Positions 52,790 to 64,000 of a stretch of DNA of 64,000 nt are shown here, piece after piece. The DNA comes from Eledone cirrhosa (taxonomy: Eukaryota). The stretch spans positions 85,746,001-85,810,000 of the forward strand of contig OZ024742.1 of the NCBI GenBank assembly GCA_964016885.1, read 5' to 3'. Position 1 is the first letter of the stretch; each line of letters opens with the position of its first letter. The position numbers were made by a program, and so were the translations under genes. A model generated the notes under the pieces. It did no database searches. It worked only from the letters and a program-made list of their open reading frames with translations, and had not been told where the DNA came from.

Positions 52790-52945
52790 TTCCCTTGCTT
52801 TTATCGAGAATCTAATTGTAATACGTGACGTATTCTATTCTATAGCGATTAGGTCTTCAAAATGTTTATTATAAACATACAGAATATTTTCGAATATTCT
52901 ATGTCTATCTTCACATATATATCGCTATTTCAGAGCATTTATTCC

Positions 52946-53008
<63 letters not shown>

Positions 53009-55487
53009 GTGTGTATGTATATGTGTGTGTATGTATTTGGTAGCGTGTATGTATGTGTGTATCTAATTATAATCGGTTTGTTAACGAATAAAACCTTTTA
53101 GTTATGAATATAAAAAGTCACATCCATGTCTGGTATTGCATATGAAACATGTTCCTATGCAACATCAACATATCATATACTAGGAATAAGAGTTATGGGC
53201 ATCATACACAGTCGTTTGGTTTTAGGCATATATGACTTGGACACGTTAGTTAAGGTTTGAAATACGACTGCAAGGAAAACTTAAAATTGACTTATTTAAT
53301 TTTGCTGTATGTAATACAACAGCAAAGACGAAAGAAATTAAAGGAATATAAGACATGGTAAGGCTAATTAAAAAAAATAATAGTAGCTATGATAATCAAT
53401 ACGCACCACATGCAACTGTTCTGTGGAAACTACATCATTTTACAGATTTCCAATCGATAAAATTTCACACCTCAGAATTATTATTTACATGCAAAGAAAT
53501 ACTTTTATATATAGGTTTGTAATCGACAAAGCCAATTGTAGGCTTGTGCATCTATATGTGCTTGTAATGAGCACAAATGTATTACTAATCAATATTCATA
53601 CTCCAGTAAGTTGCTAATGAGCGTACGAGAAAGTCTATGTACATTTACAAATTATGCTAATGTAAGCGAAACAATTTATCAAGTGTTTAAGTCGATGATT
53701 ACCTAGTAAATGTATGTAGGCAATGATACGTGTAGTAGGACTGGATAAGTTATTAATAGTATATTAATTAGCGACGTATTTACTATATTTGAATGAGTAG
53801 AGGTTCCTGTGATAAGCCTTGGAAACATTTCAGATTTCCTATTTAAGATTGTGAAAACAGACCTGATTATTTGGAGAGATTCTTGGAGAGATTCTTGGAG
53901 AGAAAGATAGCATTTGAGGTTGCCGGACTGGTTAGTGTGTGATACCTACAGAAAATACAAGTTAAGGGAATTTGTTTAATCCCAAATGAAAGGGCAAGTG
54001 AAGTAGGATATTTTAATTTTCCGTTCGTTCTTAAAGGAATGGAGATATAATTTATTACGGAATTTAAAACAATATATAGTTTCAAAATATACTAAAGTAC
54101 AACGAAGAGTGGAAACGGCTCACTGATACACTACATTACTTTATATGCAATTACCCTTAAACGGGCATGTTACTGGGTTTCTACAATTTAATTTAGAGTT
54201 GACAATTGCGTTGCTAGGGACATTATGAAGTGTATGTTGGTTACTCAAAGAAAATTCGCCCCAATCAAGGTTGCCATGATTTAAACTCATCGCTGTATTT
54301 GGTCGGTTTGGGATATCAGTGTTGCCAGATATTATAGTATATATTCTGTTTTATGTTGATATTAGAAGATTAGTTATGAGCTAATTACAGGTAATTGAGA
54401 AAACTAGTTCAACTGTGTGTTGCTTTAGCATATTGTGATAATTACTACGTTGGCGAAAGTGATGGTTATGCTTGTGTTGTTGGTGTTGCTGTTTCACTTA
54501 TGCTTTACAATATCCACTACATTAGTTTGTTAATTTCATTGTTGTGTACATAATAAAATGCAAGTAAGTCAAATTCACATGGGACTAAAGGATCTGTCCA
54601 CCTCATAGTCAGTTTTGAAACAGGAAATACGCCTGTGGCCCATTTTCTAATATGTTATAACGGTCTCAGTCCTTTATTGGAAACGTGTGATATTTGTGGT
54701 GCGTTTTACATTTTCCCAATTGTTCAATTAATACACATTTCGAAAGCACCAATGAATTGCGTTAAATCAGATCAGCGAACTGCCCCAGTTTATAATTTCC
54801 GACATGACAGCATTTGTTTACTTGAAATAAATAGTTCAATGTTTTACAATGCGTCCTCATGAAGAACACTAGCATATTGGGACATTGTCATTTGAAGCAC
54901 TATGAAAGGTAAACAAATTATTTATGCGTATCAGTAAATTTCTTAGTTAAACGTTTCCCAATATTTAAGATGATTGGTTGGCTACTACTAAGAATTCTAT
55001 TTGCTAACATTTATTGGTTTTCATTAAATTCTGTGACATATATACGTATCTCGTATTGCTTTTCATCGTCAAACTGTTTTTTCCGTTTATCACTTGTGTG
55101 AAACCACTTCTTCTACATGTGTTACGAATCTGGTAGCAATAGCTCTAAAACTTTTACAAATATACTATTGTATCATATGCATTTACTGTCTAGGTATTAA
55201 ATTATTTAAATCACCCCGCACTTGCAATTTGAGATAAATTGTATTGCTTGTTTAATGATAAATTCGCATCGAAAAAAATTTTTATGAGAGCAGTATATAC
55301 TTCTAGTTTCACCGTGTGAAATAGATCTTTAAATACATATGTACAGATTGATATTGTTAATCTTTTTAATATAATGGCTAAAACAGAAAATACAATATAT
55401 AGCTAACAGCTATTTAGTATGCAATTCTGTGTTTAAATCGAATATTAAAATTGGTTCGGAATGAGCAATGAAATTACTATATGAAAC

Positions 55488-55786
55488 GTGACATGCAGCA
55501 AAGTGTAAAATGCCATATATGTTCTTAAATGTAGATGGCTTTCAGAAATAATCATGACTATCTAATTAGTTTTCATATTTATCACTTTTACTAAGTGTAG
55601 CTTTTCAAAGATGCATTTTTTTTACTCATTTTGTGACATGCAGCAAAGTGTAAAATGAATGCAACCATATGGGTAGAAAATGCATCTTTGAAAAGCTACA
55701 CTTAGTAAAATCGATTAATATGAAAACTAATTAGATAGACATTATTATTTCTGAAAGGCATCTATATTTAAGAACGTATATGGCAT
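55488..55786. repeat. About 110-bp inverted repeat with an overlapping 25-bp direct repeat
   Basis: 55510-55620 pairs with 55677-55786. gtgacatgcagcaaagtgtaaaatg occurs at 55488 and 55633. Confidence 0.85.
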
Positions 55787-56301
55787 ATAATGTATTTTAT
55801 GTTAATTAATAAATTTCCAGTATCATTTCTCTTACATAACGTAATATCTACAGAATTTTTTAAAATTCTAAAGTTTTAATTTTTAATAAATATAAAGAAA
55901 GGTCCATCGATATAGTATTTGGCAAATCTTATTTTACAATTTCCTTTAATGACTTCGTTGAAACATTTGCCTTGTATTTAGTTTTGTATATGCCAACATT
56001 ATGTTGTTCCCCAACAACATCCAATTTTGGACTTATCTATTTGGGAATGATCACGTGTCACTACATGTCTGAACTGCTACACTCAGTGCTGGACTGGAGT
56101 TACATGAATCGCTTCCCCGAAAATTACCGTTGTAGAGGGCGATTATCCTATAAGGGCCTAGAATATTTAGTAATTTTGGCAGATAATAAATAAATACTTT
56201 GAATAACATGTGCAGTTGTAACTCTTATAAGCAGATTACAGCAGAGAAATTATAGACAGCCCAAGTCATAGGTTATACATATATTATTACCCACAGACAA
56301 A

Positions 56302-56410
56302 AGGCAGTGGATTGGCAGTATCAGTAGAGGGTAGGACGCCATGCTTTGAAGCATAGAGTTACGGACCTTTACGTATTATTCTTACGAGCCAAAAGTAGAC
56401 ACAATTATTA
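56302..56410 (+). mobile_element. Internally deleted tRNA-derived SINE
   Basis: Head ggcagtggattggcagtatcagtagagggtaggacgccatgc matches the reverse complement of about 60085-60129. Tail acaattatta. Confidence 0.7.
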
Positions 56411-56552
56411 CACACAGACTGCTGTCAATTTACTATTACTGCAATACTGTTCGGAAGGAGTTATATGTTTGAACATCTAACGTTGAGTAAGTGATAATCT
56501 GTTGTGTACGGATACTCCTTGGTTAGCTTCATAATAGAAAAGTTGTGATGCG

Positions 56553-56584
56553 AACACACACACACACACACACACAGACACACA

Positions 56585-56669
<85 letters not shown>

Positions 56670-56699
56670 ATATATATATATAAATATATATATATATAT
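56553..56699. repeat. (CA)n/(TA)n microsatellite
   Basis: Direct reading. Confidence 0.97.
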
Positions 56700-56852
56700 C
56701 CAGGGAGTGTAATGCTGTATAGGTTCATGTTATCATTACACCACCAGAGGTCCGACCAGTGTCGGGCCAGATCGATACATATCGAACCTTGAGTTTATCC
56801 TTAACGAAAAACGCGTCACTAATCAATAAACGTAATGAAGGCTTAACAATTC

Positions 56853-56861
56853 ATCTTTGTG

Positions 56862-56948
<87 letters not shown>

Positions 56949-57309
56949 AAGAAGGAGGTGTGGTAGGGAACCAGATGGACCATAACGCACTAGAGTACTC
57001 ATTACTTAGGGTAGTAGATTGGGTAATAGGAAAAAGTGTAACCCCGACGGCAGAGTTCAAGCAGTTTCGACGGCTTTTTCTGGACTAAATTAGAAAGTTT
57101 AACCCCGACAGCAGAGCTCAAGCCGTTTCGACGGCTATTTCTGGACTTAATTAGAATATAGTCCAGAAATAGCCGTCGAGACGGCTTGAGCTCTGCCGTC
57201 GGGGTTAAACCTTTTCTTATTACCCACTCTACTACCCTAAGTAATGAGTACTCTGTTGCGTTATGGTCCATCTGGTTCCTTACCACACCTCCTTCGTTAT
57301 ATATATATG

Positions 57310-57360
<51 letters not shown>

Positions 57361-57367
57361 CACAAAG

Positions 57368-57369
<2 letters not shown>
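56853..57369. repeat. Palindrome spanning two (TA)n tracts, with an internal 55-bp tandem duplication
   Basis: 56948-57088 pairs with 57159-57300. Outer atctttgtgtta pairs with taacacaaagat. Confidence 0.88.
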
Positions 57370-57405
<36 letters not shown>

Positions 57406-57968
57406 GTTGTAACGTACTATACGATTTATTCAAGGCAATCATAAAATGCTCAATTGATCGAAAGTTAGAATCAATAAGTCCACAATTAACAGTTATATAT
57501 TGTGACACCAGGAAAACTAAACAAAACGTCTGGCTGTACATAGTGCATGACTACGATGGACACAGAAAGGTTTAACTGGCCCGGAACATCTCTGATTGAT
57601 TAAGATCGATATAATCGATGAACTCTCAGATAGGATTCTTGGACCCCTTGTAGTTAGATAACAATTACATAATGCACATACATTACAGGTTATACATGTG
57701 TGTGCATCCACGATTGAACTGGAGCCCCCCCCCCCCTTCTTCCGCAGTTTTCATCCTTATCTAAATGCCGTTATGGCGACTGATTCCCCACTACTTGCAG
57801 TAGTAATGTCGCATGTCGTCACATGACCATTCTAAAAAAGATGTCACACGAGGCGAGATTTTGGTGTTTATTTTCTGGAGTGAGGAAAAAAAACAGTCAT
57901 CACAGTTTAAAAAATCAAAGCTCTCTACTCGTGCATGCGACTAGGAATATATATATATATATTTCATT

Positions 57969-58017
<49 letters not shown>

Positions 58018-59940
58018 GGAGGGAACTGCACTCCAATTAAAATATACACACCTTTTGTTGATATTTACTTCAATTTATAATACTTCAATTCATATTAATC
58101 ATTCGGTTAGTTTAATAATCGTGTGGGTGGTTTATTTGTTTATTGTCAATGCTCTTTTATCACATATTTTCTAGCCTCTTCAGTGACTAATTTGTTATTT
58201 TACGACTCTGCTTGTCCTGTCCTTCACCATAAAAGCAAGATGGTATAGAATAGAACAAATGAGACACAATATCACAAAATTATACTCCGAGGAGGTCTCT
58301 CTCTATCTTGCTCCATCTCTCTATATCTCTCTCTCTCTGACACACACACACACCTACAAATACACACACATGTATACATGTAAGTGTGTGTACATGCATA
58401 TGAAATATTACATAAATCTGTGGAAATACATACTTAGAAATATTCTTCCATACGCCTCTCTTTCGTCAGCAATGAATAAAGTAAATATATTAACTACTCA
58501 ATATATTTATGATATCGCTTCAAAGGAAAGTCATGTTATTTCTAAATACACTGGCATGCATGAAGATATATGGACATTTAGTTATATTTCATAGCGTATT
58601 TTCACAGATATTTGAGAAATAGAATTATAAAAGCTGATATATTTCTGCTGTTAGATTTTTTTTGTATTGATATCGAAGATAATTAAACTGTGTAATATCT
58701 TGTCCATTCAGTTTGATGGCTCTTTTACCATAACATGTTATATTCCAGGAACCGCGGAAATAAATATTTCCTACACAATTTTATGATATCGAATACTTTG
58801 TTTATTTGCATACAAACAATATGATAAAATTCAAAGACATGTTATGGTATGTCTTCTATCAATCAAGTGTATTCAAATATTAGCTGATGTGTAAGAAGTA
58901 GTTAAGCATTGGCATCAGTAAAGGAAAACCAAATAGGAAATCCAAATTGGTGGAACATTTGAACTTGCCTAGATTTTTCATACATATACAGCTGTAATGT
59001 TGAAAGAGAATGTTTGTCTATATAAATCATCCAGCTGATATGGTCTATAGCCATATTTGATATTGACACGTGTTAATATATATTATATCTATTTTTTTTT
59101 TCAGAAAATAAAGCCAATATTTATAAAGTGAATTGATGAGAAAACTCTATTAAGTTTCTTTGCTTTCTAGGAATTGCAACCTAATCACTTTTTAATTATA
59201 CCTTTATTGTCTAGAATACTTAAAATAATCGATGTTATATTGTATATATAGAGGGGAACATGATTGCGATGGTTTTGTTCACATCACTCAAAGTAAAGAA
59301 CAAAAAATATTTATATAAATGGGATTTCAATCCTGGAATATCTCAAAATAATAAGCAATATAAAGTTTCACTGACGGGAGGTGTATATGTATCATATAGT
59401 AAGCTTCCGTAGAGCTGACACATATTTAGTGAGACGCTGTAATTATTGATTGTCAAATAAAATGCAAGGATTTGGGCTTTATTGTAGAGTAAAGATTGAA
59501 AATAAAATGTGGGGGAATTAAATGGGCGTTGGTTCATCCAGTGCATACTCATTTTCTTTGCTTAAGCATGGCCTGAAATCCAATCAATTTTAATATAGTG
59601 AAAAGTAAACATTATTCATGGAAATTTATATTTTACTATGAATATTATTTTTAAATGTATTACTCGATAACGGAAACTATATGAAAATATGTCATTTGGT
59701 TTTAAGTGATATTTAATTAATATTTTTTTGTTTTAGATATAGTTTAACATTTGAATGAGGTCGAAGAATGAAATAATATAATATTTTATCAACATTCAAC
59801 AACTATCATCGTTGACAACAATCTTTCTTTTATGCAGACATGCCACCAGTATGCTATTTTATACGTGTAGTAAGCAGATTCACTATGAAAATTAGTCACG
59901 GCATTTTGGGTTAAATTACAACGTATTATTTGAATATGAA

Positions 59941-60129
59941 TAATTGTTTCTACTTTAGGTACAAGGCCAGCAATTAACCAGTACATTACTGGTACTTTAT
60001 TTTATCGACCCCGTAAGGGTAAAAGGCAAAGTTAACCTCGGCGGGATTTGAACTCAGATCGAAAAGGGACGTAACTATGCTGGAAAGCATGGCGTCCGAC
60101 CCTCTACCGACACTGCCAATCCACCGCCC
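59941..60129 (-). mobile_element. tRNA-derived SINE with Deu/Nin-like central domain (best-preserved copy)
   Basis: Minus strand has A box TGGCAGTGTCGG, B box GAGTTCAAATCC, core aactttgccttttacccttacggggtcgataaaataaagtaccag and tail gaaacaattatt. Confidence 0.85.
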
Positions 60130-61699
60130 TTATTTGGATATAAATAATGTATATACAAAATATATTGATAAACATTTACCTATGGTTTCATACATTGCTT
60201 TGAATGGATGCGACATTTTCTATGATTAATATGTCAGATGAGCTAGATAACACTAAAATATAGAATATTAACTTTAATAAATCTATGCTAACAACTTAAC
60301 GATATCTAATTAGGCATTGATAATTATGTAATTAAATTGATAATTATATAAATTTTAGTTAAATAAGTGTTTTAACATATCCGTAAATAATACAACCATT
60401 CAGCTGCTATAACCACATAATTTTGTCTCTAATTCCCTGATGTATTTAACTTCGTGATTTGGTTCTACATTTCGATAATTTATTGAATTAGGAGTAGAAT
60501 TTAGTGACCAGTTGAGATCTAGACAAACACATTGGCGTCTACATGGAATCCCGTAACGAATTTTCTATAGCATACAGCATAACATTTCATTACTTAAAAA
60601 ATTATTAGTATCGTTAATATATTTCGTATTCAATTCTGTATCACCATTGGTTACTTCACCATTAGTTTCTTCTTCTGCATTTCAAAACGGGCATTTTAAT
60701 GTGAATACACTGTGTAAATTGTGAATATTGATTTGAAAAATTATTGCATTTAATTTCAAGACGTAGAAATAGAAACTCGAAACGTCCTTACAGAGAGAGG
60801 TTTGAGTAGTATATGAAAATGAATGTAATTGGCATATACATGACATATTCTTATAACCATATTTGCTATAAAAAATAACATTATGAATATATATATATAG
60901 CCATTTCACATAAGTGTCACAGTAACAATGTCTTGATATGGACATGTTAAATGTTTTGACAGAAGAACACAATTTCTTTATTTCTTTATATTCACCCTCA
61001 CCGAGAAAAGAAATTCAGAAACAATAAAAATGCCAAGCTAATTGTGAAAACCTTTTCAACTAAACTATAGTTGTTGATTATATATTTCACATTCACGTCA
61101 TTACATAATTTAATTTTCCGTAACGTTTAATCGGAAATATTAGAGCTGCCGGGTACTTTATGATCAGGCGGAACTATAAATAATTTTTCAAGAAATAATT
61201 AAGCGAAAAAAAGAATAATAAATAAATAAAGCAATACAATTACTGCATTGGCGTGTGTTTAAATATTTCGTATTGGACTTAAGCTCTTTTAATATATAAT
61301 TGGATTCGGAATCGTACTGACCGTTTTAACTCCATGGAAAAAAAATGTCTCAGATATTACACATCTAATAAGATATATTTCTGGCACATTGTGGTGTGCC
61401 GGTGTGAAATTTTCTTTTGAGTTTTCATATATACAAAAGTAAATGAGAATTAAATATATGATGCATTCATAAATTAATATTAAATGTTTCTCTATTAAAT
61501 GACATAATTGTAAGTATTACAAATATACATTTGAATGCACATATACATAAATATATATGGTTGGTAGATAACCGTAGATAATTCTAAAGTTATATCTAGG
61601 AAATTAACTATTTTACTGGTGTTTTCAAATGTCATAGTGAGATTATAATAGATTATAATACAGATTATAATACGGATTATAATACAGATTATAATACAA

Positions 61700-62724
61700 A
61701 CCTATTATATTAAATCTTTGTTGGGTTTTTTCAATAAACAAATCTCATTATTTCTGAAGACAGCTAAACAATTAATAATTATAGAAAAAAGAATATCGAT
61801 TACAACCTGACTTGGAGTGTGCTCAACAGGGCCACCCTTTATCAAAATAACAGATATGAGTGTAGATTATGCTCCCAGGAACTTTTTGAAATAATGAAAC
61901 CTAAGGATATCCTATTAAATAAGCGACAAGAATTAATTATATCTTGTAATCATAAAATTAGAAGAACTTTCAAATATTATAAACCTAATTAATATACAAC
62001 TTACACTTATGTTTTACATATTATTATAATTACTTTTTTTAATTTAGTTAACCTATAATTAGTAATTTACTACAGAGAACTTCATAATTTTATTTCCCTT
62101 CTTATAGCTCTCTTTAAATAAAATTAATACTTAAAAGTATACATATAATTTAATTTAATTTCCTGTTATGAATCTAGACTCCTTGTAGTCTATATAAGAT
62201 TGGCATTTCTCACTACTACACTTATCCCAACATTTTATTTTCTTTTGTTTTCAACAACATTCTTTAATAACATCTAATTCTTATTTATCACATCCATATG
62301 AATTAATATAAATTTATCCCTATAAGTATACCTATCAATTAATTTAATTTCTTGTTATAGATCTAAATTCCTTGTGTTTTAAATAAGATTGGTATTTTTC
62401 ACTAATTCCTTTACCCTAAAATTTTACCCTCCTTTGTTTTTAACATTATTCTTTAATGACATCAAATTTTCATGTACCCTTCACCGACTTAACCTCTTTT
62501 CATCCTCAAAACATTATTTTCATTCAACGTATTCTTTCCATTCAAAACATAAATCTGCATTCCTCTACCCCTAATTTAAATTTATACTACTACTATTCTA
62601 TCAACTTTACCTCTTACTACTTTTCTATTGGTCAATTCAAAACCTGTTCCCAAACAGACCTATTATATTAAATAGTTGTTGTTTTTTTTTCAATAAACAA
62701 ATTTCATTATTTCTGAAGACAGCA
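61700..62724 (+). mobile_element. 3' end of a PLE (GIY-YIG C-terminus 61801-61992) bounded by short direct repeats
   Basis: YNLTWSVLNRATLYQNNRYECRLCSQELFEIMKPKDILLNKRQELIISCNHK fits the PLE endonuclease end (W.+L..A..Y / C.LC..E / LLNKR.E / C.H). 61700-61765 is repeated at 62658-62724. Confidence 0.75.
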
Positions 62725-62888
62725 TATATATGTGGAGGTATGTATATTTCCTCTGATACTTTGTAATATTTTTATATAGATCTATATGATATACATACCA
62801 ACACACATATATATCCTAAAAACGATCGTAATATGATGAATTTTTTAATATAGGGAACTTGTTCTTTGTTTTTATTCATTGTTTTTAT

Positions 62889-62929
<41 letters not shown>

Positions 62930-63138
62930 CACGCACACACACGCACATACATTTATATAATTATATATATATGTACACACACACGCACAAACGCGCGCAC
63001 ACACACATACACACACACACAAATATATATATATATATAAAGAAAAAAGAATTAACCGAGTTAAACACTCTCATTAATCCCCTATAATTTAGGGAGCTCA
63101 CAAAATATATATTCCGGCTTTTTGTAAATTAACATGTA

Positions 63139-63410
63139 GAGAGAAATACACATAGAGATATGTGTTTAATCAATAAGGATAAAAAAACAACAGAGTCACG
63201 AACATATTATCTAGGGAAGGAATGGTGAATATAAATCAGTAAAAATAATATAATTAATTATACTAACCATCCAATTTAATCGAATCGTTAGTGTACGTTA
63301 TAGATTTATTCTATTGATTTATATTCACCATTCCCTCCGTAGGTAATATGTTCGTGACTCTGGTGGTTGATCCCCTATGATTGAACACATATCTCTATGT
63401 GTACTTCTCT
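63139..63410. repeat. About 105-bp imperfect inverted repeat next to (TA)n
   Basis: 63139-63248 pairs with 63307-63410. Confidence 0.8.
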
Positions 63411-63434
63411 TTCACTTTCACTCCCTCTATATCG

Positions 63435-63562
<128 letters not shown>

Positions 63563-63571
63563 AATATAAAT

Positions 63572-63750
63572 TAGCGAGAATCGTATTTCGGCTATTGGCA
63601 ATTAGCGAGAAACAACTTCCGAGATGTGTGGTAAGCGCTCAATGAATTCTAACGAACCAGAGCTACAACATACGTTAAAAGGCCAAACACACTGACACGA
63701 TGGTTAAACCATTATCCGCATAGCCATAGAAACGACCAAGTAATTCGGGT
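63572..63750 (+). repeat. Dispersed copy of the 37.1/37.7 kb repeat, between (TA)n tracts
   Basis: aaacaacttccgagatgtg...gaaccagagctacaacatacgttaaa...acgatggttaaac matches the reverse complement of about 37115-37290. Confidence 0.8.
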
Positions 63751-63772
63751 CAAACAAATAAAAAAAATGTGT

Positions 63773-63835
<63 letters not shown>

Positions 63836-64000
63836 TCTACCAAAGTAGACATTTTCTCTAGATGAAGCCATTTATCATTGGCTGTCTTTCTTCAGACAGC
63901 TTAATTCTAGACTTACTCGCATCTTTTTTTCCTGAGAAGTAGCACAATGTTAGCTTTTATCACACAACGTTAAGGTTGACCTGTCAAACTTGTTTCTTCA

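Larger units (their letters stand above)
52070..52945. mobile_element. 310-nt non-coding monomer in tandem plus inverted array (retrozyme-like)
   Basis: Units 52070-52379 and 52380-52590 (partial), then an inverted unit 52591-52945 with 45-nt terminal redundancy. Copies are near-identical. (TA)n on both sides. Confidence 0.88.

Noticed and set aside
53862-53945. Possible minus-strand micro-exon (ttttctgtag acceptor ... cag|gtctgt donor) with a 12-bp triplication
   Set aside because: Weak donor, no homology recognised and no neighbouring exons. Needs RNA-seq.
59941-60129. tRNA gene suggested by A and B boxes
   Set aside because: No cloverleaf. Six decayed copies with a shared body and tail identify it as a SINE.

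Overview
AT-rich, repeat-dense animal genomic DNA. The SINE family and repeat style resemble octopus/cephalopod DNA (inference). No intact host gene can be supported, and most listed ORFs are (TA)n/(CA)n artefacts. The window is a transposon graveyard: several decayed Penelope-like retroelements (PLE: RT plus GIY-YIG), a decayed Rep/Pif1 Helitron and two non-autonomous Helitron families, three decayed R4/Dong-type RLE non-LTR retrotransposons, RTE and L1/Tx1 fragments, and tRNA-derived SINEs. The main finding is a set of unrelated small non-coding repeat families, mostly embedded in (TA)n microsatellite. Each carries a hand-folded minimal type I hammerhead ribozyme (CUGANGA core, stem II, GAAA, palindromic stem III, UH, stem I) and is arranged as tandem monomers (238 nt and 310 nt) and/or inverted repeats. 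These are candidate retrozyme / circular-RNA-producing parasites of PLEs, one family with compensatory stem changes. A roughly 2.4 kb unidentified decayed coding-like tract (17.3-19.7 kb) and a structured 5' UTR in one R4/Dong element also merit follow-up. All folds and alignments were done by eye.
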